Origin: a virus
Lineage: Duplodnaviria > Caudoviricetes
DNA: 64,000 nucleotides
Strand: one strand, 5' to 3'
IMG/VR virus record: IMGVR_UViG_3300011405_000002
Span: 1,451-65,450 of that record
Position numbers and translations under genes: made by a program. Shown here one piece after another: positions 19,038 through 26,726 of the stretch. The number at the start of each line of letters is the position of its first letter. Within the stretch, counting starts at the first letter, position 1. The notes below the pieces were generated by a model. That model made no database searches. It saw only the letters and a program-made list of their open reading frames with translations, and was not told where the DNA came from.

Positions 19038-19525
19038 TTTGCGCTCGCCCCTTTCATTACCTACAAAATATCTCTTCTCTTGTTTTCAGACTTAAGAGAA
19101 AAACAAGACAAAGACAAAGACCGACCGATTACGCAGCAGCGTAATCTCACACAAAAGAACCCCTACCCCTTCGGCGAAACTTACGAGTCACCGGGTTACA
19201 GTTCTTGCAGCCTGCGAAGCTGCCGGCTATCGATACCACGAACTATTCAGGATTCGATGGTCAGAACCAACGTCGAAATAACCTGGAGTCCCTGACCGGT
19301 GGATACCACTCGTCCGCTGTATAGAGACCCGCACCGGAGGCAGTTCTAAAAAAGTCGTATGCCTATACGGATTAAGTTTTGCAGCAGGAAAAAGTTGGGA
19401 TGGATACTCGTGGTAGGCATCCTCTAGTTTTTCACGCCCCCTAGTTAGTTTGCGTGCCGCGTGGGCTAGAGGTCCCCAAAGCTTCGGCGCAAAGTTGCCT
19501 TCGCACCGCGGCGAGATAAGTAGTC

Positions 19526-19723
19526 TCAAATCTCTGGCGCGTTGTCAACACTTTTCAAGTCCAGTTCTTCCTGCTCGTCGTTTTTCGGTTTTCTTTTCGG
19601 TTTAGCGGCTGCCATGTTCGCTCGACAGGAGTCCCAGCGGCAGATGGCTGCTGCCAAGATTATCGAGAACGCCGCGCACTCCTGGCAGTCCGGATCGCAG
19701 AGAACGCCGTGGATCTTACTCAC
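19526..19723 (-). CDS. Small Cys-rich protein
   Basis: LCDPDCQEC...ICRWDSC. Confidence 0.45.
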   Translation of the reverse strand: MSKIHGVLCDPDCQECAAFSIILAAAICRWDSCRANMAAAKPKRKPKNDEQEELDLKSVDNAPEI

Positions 19724-19922
19724 TCTCTGCCTGCAGTTCGTCGAATGCCTGGATCAGCAGCCGAATATGTCGAAGCTTCTTTGCTGGCGTGGGCCAGTCG
19801 GATTTCACTTCACCGCCGACGTAGCCGACGATGTACGCATAGCGGGTTTCGTTTGCCATTCGGCGCATGGTGTTCTTGTGCATGGTTTTCTCTTCTAAAT
19901 CACTCACTGCCACGCCTCCCAA
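19716..19922 (-). CDS. Small hypothetical protein
   Basis: Operon packing. Confidence 0.4.
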   Translation of the reverse strand: MGGVAVSDLEEKTMHKNTMRRMANETRYAYIVGYVGGEVKSDWPTPAKKLRHIRLLIQAFDELQAESE

Positions 19923-19998
19923 CTGCCAAAAGAGCCGCGGTAAAGAATCCCAGCGTGAAGCAAGCGAAACAGGCGATTACGGTAAGCATTGGAACCTC

Positions 19999-21945
19999 CT
20001 AGAAAAGAGAGCCTTGGGTCTTGAATGCGGGAGCCTGTGCGGTAACGGCTCCGACTGGTTCCGATTCGCGTTCCATCGGCTTGTTGTACACCATGATTGC
20101 CGCGTTGACCATCGTTCCGGACTCTTTGAAACTGCCGGCCGGGAGTACTTCCCAGTGATCCGCGATCGGCTTCAGTTTGTCCTGTTGCCGTGGACCGTTC
20201 GCGCAGATGGCCACAAGCCGGCCGCCAGGCTTTAGAAATGTGATGGCGTGCTGGATGTGCAAAATATCTTTTCCTGCTTCGAAAGGCGGATTCATGATGA
20301 TCCGGTCATAAAAGGCGTCGGGTAGATCCTTTACGATCAAAGAAGCGTTGCCTTCTCTGGCCGGCTTGATGTCGAGGAAATCCGCGCAGATAACTTTAGG
20401 GACTCTCGGGGTAAGCAGCCGGCATAGTTCCGGGTTGATCTCGATAGCCACGTCGCAGCGTTCCCCGCGTTCCTCCCATATTGCGCTGAGTAGGTTCCCG
20501 GTTCCCGCGCTCGGCTCGAGAATCCGCTGGCCTTTCTGGATCTCGGCATACTCCACAACTTGCCGCGCGAGTTCGGCAGGAGTAGGAAACAACTGATTCG
20601 CGGAAACGACTTTAACGCCGGCCTTTAGGGTCTCTCTCATGGCTTGCAGCTCGTCGAGGGTCTTGACGGGTGCCGCGGCTGTCCCTCGGTATTCCTCCCG
20701 GTATGCCTGTTTTGCGGCGTGTACAATGTCGTCTTTCTGCTCGGCTATCGGGTCGTGCTTTACCGGAATCCTGTCGAGTGGCGCGGGCGGTACGTGCACC
20801 TTGGAATCGGTGATGAAAACGGCGTAGTTTCCGCGCTTGTAGTTGGCTCCCTGGGTGACAGTCGTTCGGATCCGGTGAGACTTCCCCACAACGCGCGTGC
20901 CTTTGTAGTCGGCGTAAATCTTCGCGTACTCGGCCTGGGTCATGTCAATTTGGGTGTAATGGATCATCTGGCCGCGGTTCCATGGGTTTTCGATCTCGAA
21001 GCCTTCAGGCTGCCGGTAGTTACACAGCGGCAGGCAGGCTGCCGGGGATTTCGCTTTCTTCTCGAGGAGTACGGTAGCCCCTTGCTCCTCAAGCATCGCG
21101 TGTTCGTATTCGAGACGATTCGAGTAATGGTCTATCCACCGTTCGATTGTCGGAATGTAGCGCGCGTGATGTTCCCTGACGGCCGCCTGTACTTCTTCGA
21201 CGGTCTTTGAGGGGCACGCCTTGTAACGGTCTTCGTCGGGCCGTAGAACGTCGTAGGCGCTCCAGGACTGGTGAGGCTGGTCGCCGTGACATACCGTCAC
21301 GTTGCCGTGTTCTGTGTGGCCGGCAATCCATCGGGCGCGCTCCAGGGTCAATCTCTCGGCGGTCCAGGCCTTCAGCAATGCATCGCTGTGCTCTTTGTTG
21401 CGAAGGCACTTCCTGAGCTCGCTTTCGAGCCCCTTGATTCTCCGGGCCCGCACGTCGGGCCGCTCTTTGTATTTGGCGTTCATCTTGGCGCCGTGCGCTC
21501 TTTGCTGCCAGTACTTCGAAGTCTCCCAGCAATCGACGGCTTTCCTCATGCCGTTCTCGATCCGCTTAGCGTCGCGGCGCGCGTGGCGTTCGCTGTGATG
21601 GCCTACGAGGATAGGCTGGCCCAAGGGGATATTATCCGCGATCGCTGCCACGGCTTTATGAGCTCGGTCGGCATCCTTCGCGCGGTTCTCGCTGTATCCT
21701 TCGAAGCGTTCGGCGCGTTCCTCTGCTCGCTCCACAAGGCTCTTATCCTCGTCTTCGATCTCCTCGCACATCTCGAGCGCGATGTCCTCGGCCTTGGGTG
21801 TCCATACAGCATAAAAGAGCTTCTGCATGGGAGCCCACCGGTACCCGGCAGCCTTTACGCGGGCGTATTCGTCCGGGTCCAGGCGGTGCGCAGGGGTAAG
21901 ACGGATTCGATCATCCGCCGGATCGTAAGTTGCGGAGTGCTGCAT
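19999..21945 (-). CDS. DUF3560-domain protein fused to an N6-adenine-type SAM methyltransferase
   Basis: N-terminal ATYDP.DD.IRL and IPLGQPILVGHHSE..ARRD (DUF3560); C-terminal ILEPSAGTG (motif I) and IMNPPF (motif IV). Confidence 0.85.
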   Translation of the reverse strand: MQHSATYDPADDRIRLTPAHRLDPDEYARVKAAGYRWAPMQKLFYAVWTPKAEDIALEMCEEIEDEDKSLVERAEERAERFEGYSENRAKDADRAHKAVAAIADNIPLGQPILVGHHSERHARRDAKRIENGMRKAVDCWETSKYWQQRAHGAKMNAKYKERPDVRARRIKGLESELRKCLRNKEHSDALLKAWTAERLTLERARWIAGHTEHGNVTVCHGDQPHQSWSAYDVLRPDEDRYKACPSKTVEEVQAAVREHHARYIPTIERWIDHYSNRLEYEHAMLEEQGATVLLEKKAKSPAACLPLCNYRQPEGFEIENPWNRGQMIHYTQIDMTQAEYAKIYADYKGTRVVGKSHRIRTTVTQGANYKRGNYAVFITDSKVHVPPAPLDRIPVKHDPIAEQKDDIVHAAKQAYREEYRGTAAAPVKTLDELQAMRETLKAGVKVVSANQLFPTPAELARQVVEYAEIQKGQRILEPSAGTGNLLSAIWEERGERCDVAIEINPELCRLLTPRVPKVICADFLDIKPAREGNASLIVKDLPDAFYDRIIMNPPFEAGKDILHIQHAITFLKPGGRLVAICANGPRQQDKLKPIADHWEVLPAGSFKESGTMVNAAIMVYNKPMERESEPVGAVTAQAPAFKTQGSLF

Positions 21946-22558
21946 TTCGTTTCCTCTTCGTTTCGGAGATTTTTTTACGTGTTTCTTCGCTGACTGAATG
22001 GCCCATTTTGGCCGCTGAAATTCGAGCTCGTGTCTCTGGTGAATTGACGCGCCCCTTACAGGATTCGCGCATGTTAGCCTTGTATTCGTCGGAACGCGGC
22101 AGAGTAGCCCAAGGCGCTTTTCTTCCCGTGAGAGTGGCTGATATCTTTCGCTTAGTTTCTTCTCTTTGGCCTATTCCTAAGTGGGAATCCCTCAGTCTTT
22201 GCCGTGTTACTTCATTGATCTTGATCCCTCGCCGACCTGCGGCGATGCGGTCTCGCACTTCCTGGGGTGGGTTGCTTGGTCCGTCCCCGCCGTCTGTTTT
22301 GTTGGTGAGGTTCTCGCGGCCGTAATGGGCGATCAGCCGTTTCTCTTCGGTGAAGGCTGCCTCCTCGTCGTCGGTACGAAAAACGACAACGGCGACAGGC
22401 TCGGCGCCTCTGGCAAGTATCAGGCGTATCGTGTGCGAACGGTGAGACGGTTCGCCTGCCTTTGCTCTGTGCTTGTGCTGATACATTCGCTTTCCTTTGC
22501 CCTTACCCACGTAGAAAACTTTTCCGGTTTCGTCTCTGAGTTCGTATACGTAAAACAT
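21911..22558 (-). CDS. GIY-YIG endonuclease with NUMOD3-like repeats (free-standing homing endonuclease)
   Basis: FYVYELRD...FYVGKG..KR...H; NKTDGGDG; repeated ETRKKISE. Confidence 0.85.
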   Translation of the reverse strand: MFYVYELRDETGKVFYVGKGKGKRMYQHKHRAKAGEPSHRSHTIRLILARGAEPVAVVVFRTDDEEAAFTEEKRLIAHYGRENLTNKTDGGDGPSNPPQEVRDRIAAGRRGIKINEVTRQRLRDSHLGIGQREETKRKISATLTGRKAPWATLPRSDEYKANMRESCKGRVNSPETRARISAAKMGHSVSEETRKKISETKRKRNAALRNLRSGG

Positions 22559-22665
22559 GCGCGCATCTTAGGCGCGGTTCACTCCTGAATAGGTCCATCG
22601 TCTTCAGGTTTATAGGTCCAGTCAAGGCGCGTCCCCGGAATGACCGGGGCAGGGACTCTTACGCG

Positions 22666-22923
22666 CTACGCTTCTTTCGGGCTGTCGCATTCGTCGCAGC
22701 GGCCGTCCTCGTCGATGTATCCTCCACATTTGCACTGCCGTGGCTGGTCTTCGTCAAAAGCCTCTAGCACTTCGTTGTTGTAGTACTCGGACAGAATCTC
22801 GTGGATCCCGGGAATGTCGAGTAAATCGCCTTTGTTCGCCATTACGATCTCGGACAGGATCTCGTCAAACTTCTCGCTGGTTAGTCCGCGTTCTTCATAA
22901 GTCTTCAAAGTTTTGGTGCTCAT
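22666..22923 (-). CDS. Small protein with C-terminal Zn ribbon
   Basis: QCKCGG...RCDECD. Confidence 0.55.
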   Translation of the reverse strand: MSTKTLKTYEERGLTSEKFDEILSEIVMANKGDLLDIPGIHEILSEYYNNEVLEAFDEDQPRQCKCGGYIDEDGRCDECDSPKEA

Positions 22924-22934
22924 ATGGTGATCTC

Positions 22935-23684
22935 CTAGAAAAGTTTCTTGGTTGCAGGTTCGAACAAAGGCATAGCCTCAATTCGGGTGTGATCGAAAGT
23001 CTTACTCTCTTTCAAGAGCTCGGTACGCCGGCCGCCGTAGATCAGGCTGTTAAGCTCGGCAGGGGTAGCCGCGAGGGTGGGCTTCTGTGTGCTTCTATCG
23101 CCATCTATGGGCTTCTGTGTGTTGGTTTCAGTTAGCAGGGCTCGGTCAATCCATCCCTGCTCAACGCGAACGGCTTCGGGTGTTACTTCCAGCGGCTCTT
23201 GCAGGTGGGATACCTTGCCGTTGGTGTAGCAATGGAACTCCAAGCGGAACTCGGGCGCGTCCAACTTCTTCGCCTCTTCGCGTTGGCCTGCGCGGTAGGC
23301 TTCAAGGGTGGCGGCGTCGGCCGTGGTCAACGGCAGGCCGTGATACTCGCGGGGATTAAAGGGCTTCTCGTGCTCCGCTGGCGTTACGCCGTCCCAGGCT
23401 TTCACGGGAAACTCTGCTTTGGGCGTGATCTGCTCTTTCGCCCATTCCGCAAAGTTCTGTTCTCTCGCTGCCTGGCAGTTTCCCTCTGACGTGTGTAGTG
23501 TGTAGAGGGCGGCCTGTAGCGCGTTGACGCCTGCTTTCGCGTGCGTGGTCTTCTGGCCGGTGATCTGGGTTATCAGATACGCTCGGTTGCCGACGTTCGC
23601 GGCGCCGGCCAACTGGTACACGTCAAAAGTTCCGTGTGTCCAGTTCTTGAAATTGCGTAAGGCTGCTAGTTGGTTCTCGTGCAT
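22935..23684 (-). CDS. Hypothetical early protein
   Basis: ATG at 23684 with AGGAGG RBS. Confidence 0.55.
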   Translation of the reverse strand: MHENQLAALRNFKNWTHGTFDVYQLAGAANVGNRAYLITQITGQKTTHAKAGVNALQAALYTLHTSEGNCQAAREQNFAEWAKEQITPKAEFPVKAWDGVTPAEHEKPFNPREYHGLPLTTADAATLEAYRAGQREEAKKLDAPEFRLEFHCYTNGKVSHLQEPLEVTPEAVRVEQGWIDRALLTETNTQKPIDGDRSTQKPTLAATPAELNSLIYGGRRTELLKESKTFDHTRIEAMPLFEPATKKLF

Positions 23685-23748
23685 TTGGTTCCTCCTGTCG
23701 AATCCCGGCGCCGAATCTGACATCGGATCGCTTCGCCGGGCCGGGGTA

Positions 23749-24006
23749 TCAGTCGTGCGGAATGTAATCGTCGCCTTCTTCGTCGTCCGGATCTGGCGCA
23801 AAGGCAACGTCTTGGCATTTCTGGCACATTCCCGACATGCTGTACTCTCGACGGTCGATTTCCTCACGGAAGTTCATGTCAGGTGAATCACAGGTGGTGC
23901 ATGATCCTGCGGCTATCGTTGCCTTTCGGTCTTTGCCGGTAAGGTTTGTCAGGAACTCCTCGATAGGCACTGATTTATCTTCGGGTTTCATGGTCCTATT
24001 CTCCAA
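23749..24006 (-). CDS. Small Zn-finger protein
   Basis: CTTC...RREYSMSGMCQKCQD, a recurrent phage family pattern. Confidence 0.6.
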   Translation of the reverse strand: MENRTMKPEDKSVPIEEFLTNLTGKDRKATIAAGSCTTCDSPDMNFREEIDRREYSMSGMCQKCQDVAFAPDPDDEEGDDYIPHD

Positions 24007-24463
24007 TCTCGATAACGTTCGGGGTGATCTGCTTGATGTGCGAGTCCGCGCGCTTGATGGCGTCGGCGATTGATTCGACGCAGGCGCCTACGTGGTACGT
24101 GTCGCCGTGTTCATCGGTGTAACCGTGGCCGATAATCGGTTGCTCGCATCGGTGGCAGCGTAACTCTTCCGGTTGCGTGCCGATCTCGACGCAGCCGAAG
24201 CAATAGCCTGGTTCGTCGGACTTGTTGTTGATCGTGATCTCGGCCGCGCAGCACTGACAGTAATCGCGGTCGTCTCCGTTGGTCTCATGCCGCGCAAAGG
24301 GGTGAGGGTCGCCAAGAAATTCTTTCAGGCGGTCCAGCGTGTGACCTAACCAGAAATCGCCTTTTCCGTCTTTGTAGCCGTTCATCAGAAACAGGTCATT
24401 GATTGCGTCGATAGCCTGCTGTTTCGTCTGAATTGGTTCTGTTGTCGGTAGTCCGTCTCTCAT
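23996..24463 (-). CDS. Multi-Zn-finger protein
   Basis: CQCC, CFGC, CHRC, HVGAC motifs. Confidence 0.55.
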   Translation of the reverse strand: MRDGLPTTEPIQTKQQAIDAINDLFLMNGYKDGKGDFWLGHTLDRLKEFLGDPHPFARHETNGDDRDYCQCCAAEITINNKSDEPGYCFGCVEIGTQPEELRCHRCEQPIIGHGYTDEHGDTYHVGACVESIADAIKRADSHIKQITPNVIEIGE

Positions 24464-24708
24464 ACCAATACCTCCGCGAAATATCCGTCGTTGATTGCGT
24501 CGTCTGCCTGTCCGAACAACTCGCACAGGTTCATTCCGTAGCGTTGAGAAGCCAGCATGAAGACTTCTCCAGTAACCTGGTCAACGTCTTCACCGGCCTT
24601 AAACAAACTGCCAGCCTTGGACCTGATCTCGGCAGACCACGCGTTACCGTTCCGGGTTACGATCAGCCTGAACCGGGCGTCAGGGGTAAAGAAAGTGCGG
24701 GTGATCAT
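24460..24708 (-). CDS. Hypothetical early protein
   Basis: ATGA overlaps. Confidence 0.55.
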   Translation of the reverse strand: MITRTFFTPDARFRLIVTRNGNAWSAEIRSKAGSLFKAGEDVDQVTGEVFMLASQRYGMNLCELFGQADDAINDGYFAEVLV

Positions 24709-24914
24709 TCTTCCCCTTTTAGCCGGTTATCGAGTTTGTCATCGCACGCAAGGCAGTGAAAAATAGCTTGCCCCAACTTGCAGCACGCCACGGCGTAGTC
24801 AAGGCTTGCGTTTATTTGCTTGCCATATTCCACGGTGAAATTATCTTTCCCGTGCTGCCAGAGGCGGATAGGGAAAGAGCCATTCAGTAACTCGAAACAG
24901 AGTTTACGTCTCAT
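24705..24914 (-). CDS. Hypothetical early protein
   Basis: I.L.Q.GKD.FTV.YGKQ...L.YA.A...LG..IFH.LAC pattern; GGAGG RBS. Confidence 0.6.
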   Translation of the reverse strand: MRRKLCFELLNGSFPIRLWQHGKDNFTVEYGKQINASLDYAVACCKLGQAIFHCLACDDKLDNRLKGEE

Positions 24915-24959
24915 ACTGTCCTCCAAAGCCTGCCGGGGCATTGCAGCCCCGTGCGCTGT

Positions 24960-25112
24960 TCAGGCTGCGATAAACGTCTCCAGTTGCTCGTTCAGCCGTT
25001 GGCGTACTCGGAACAGGAACTGCCAAGCCGGGTAATTCTTCACGACGACTTCCAACTGCGCTTTCTTCAGGATCTCGTTTGCCGCTTCCAGTGCGATTAT
25101 TCTTTCGTTCAT
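24960..25112 (-). CDS. First ORF of the leftward arm (50 aa, not in ORF track)
   Basis: MNERIIALEAANEILKKAQLEVV...; GGAGG RBS. Confidence 0.5.
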   Translation of the reverse strand: MNERIIALEAANEILKKAQLEVVVKNYPAWQFLFRVRQRLNEQLETFIAA

Positions 25113-25195
25113 GTTCGTGGCCTCCATGCCGCAATGCTTTGCGATTTGAATGCCAAACGCTAAGTGCTTTGTTTTCGTATGACTTACAGCAGAAT

Positions 25196-25287
25196 GTGAC
25201 GTATTTTGTCACTCACTCACATGGCCGAATAGCAGGTAACTCAAGCAGAATCAATGCGTTGCCACTTTTTGTCAGTCGAAATGACAA
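25196..25287. promoter_or_regulatory. Two 7-bp-spaced inverted repeats upstream of the early arm
   Basis: GTGAC-N7-GTCAC (25196-25212) and TTGTCA-N7-TGACAA (25269-25287). Confidence 0.4.
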
Positions 25288-25773
25288 TTTGCGGCACACA
25301 ACATAAAACCCCCGGATCGCTCCGAGGGTCTCATGCGGTTCGTATCGGTTTTTTGTCGGCCTCAGGGCAGGCTTGACGCTTGACAGTCTGCATGGTTCGG
25401 GTGTACAAGTCAACCCCATGCGTAGGTTCGCATCGGATTTGTCCGGCAATTCGTCATCCCGCATAAACACACGTCAAGCCATGAGTGTGTCCGGAACCAC
25501 CACGGTATCAGTGGGCGCTGAGGGTAATAGAAGCAATTCAGGATCACGCGCGGAACGAACAATAACGCGCGAAGAACTGTCACACAGTCACAGTCAGGTA
25601 CACAGGCCCTGACCGTCTCCCTTTGCTGGTCTTCTGCTCGAAACCAGCCGGAAAGTAGGCCCGATCAAATAACCATCGGGCGACCTGAATCCGCAATTGA
25701 GACGCAGAACGACAGTGAATGCCAATACTACCCTGGGTAAGTACTGCCTGTCAGAGACCGGAGAGCAAGACGC

Positions 25774-25986
25774 ATGTCTGAATCGAAGCCCATTCCTGAT
25801 CCCATCCCCTGCGATGAATGTCTTCAGATCGACTCCCACTCCAGTGATTGCTTCATCGGTGAGAAGATCGCACGCGAAGAACTCCTTGATGCGGCGCAGC
25901 AGGACCATCCAAGTTCCCCTTGTGATGACGAAATATCGGCACTTCACGCTCAATGGCTCGCAAAGGCAAGAATCATCAAGACCTGA
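25774..25986 (+). CDS. Small hypothetical protein
   Basis: 70 aa, CDEC...HSSDC; isolated in the non-coding zone. Confidence 0.4.
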   Translation: MSESKPIPDPIPCDECLQIDSHSSDCFIGEKIAREELLDAAQQDHPSSPCDDEISALHAQWLAKARIIKT

Positions 25987-26424
25987 GTCGTGTCTCGTCT
26001 CAATCGCTGCCTCATGAGATGCGAAACGTATGAGTGACGATATATCGGCAGTCTCGCAAGGTCACATGCCTGAGCAGTGCCGACATATCGGCAGTTCGGG
26101 TGCCTGGATGATAGCGAAGACCTTCAGAGTTCGGATCGGGATGGTTGTCTGCTATGCGTAAATCGGTCGTTTACTGCATGTTGTCAGCCTGGACGCTATC
26201 TCCCTTGCCATCAACGCGCAATGATCCCCTCTATGTTACCCGTTTGTTGACCGCCACCCATGCCGGCCACCGCGGGCTGTCGGACTGGCAGGACTCGAGT
26301 CGATGGTCTTGCTGTAGGCTTTCTTGTTGTCGAGGGGGTCGCTGTTGGCGCCGGATAGGCGCTTGATCTCGGACTCTCCATTTTAAATTTCAAAAAACAA
26401 CTTTTGAGGTTTTCAGGAGGCTGG

Positions 26425-26673
26425 ATGAAGATTCGGAAGATTGACGTGGGATTCCTGCATTGGTGCCCTGGGTGTGATGAGGCGCATATCGTTGAGGTTC
26501 CGAGGTGGACGTGGAACGGAGATGAGGAAAGGCCAACTGTGACGCCATCGGTGAATATGCCGGGGAGATGCCATTACGTGTTGACAGGAGGAGTTATTCG
26601 ATTTTGCGGCGATTGTTCGCATGGGATGGCTGGTAAAGTTGTTGAGATGCCTGACTTTCCTTCCGACTGGTGA
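26425..26673 (+). CDS. DUF6527-like Zn-binding protein
   Basis: CPGC..AH...WTWNG...PT..PS....RCH...G.I.F..DC.H..AG; AGGAGG RBS. Confidence 0.7.
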   Translation: MKIRKIDVGFLHWCPGCDEAHIVEVPRWTWNGDEERPTVTPSVNMPGRCHYVLTGGVIRFCGDCSHGMAGKVVEMPDFPSDW

Positions 26674-26726
26674 ATGAACAAAAATAGTTCTTGCAACGTT
26701 TGTTAGTCTTCTGTAAAAGGGTTGCT

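Noticed and set aside
19505-19530. GAGACTA resembling a group I intron R element
   Set aside because: No matching S element or other core pairings found downstream.
26211-26393. 60-aa Pro/Thr-rich minus-strand ORF
   Set aside because: Low complexity, no RBS, lies in the putative terminal sequence.
25113-26400. Possible CRISPR mini-array or tRNA in the non-coding zone
   Set aside because: Repeats are only 9-11 bp and irregularly spaced; no cloverleaf or T-loop consensus.
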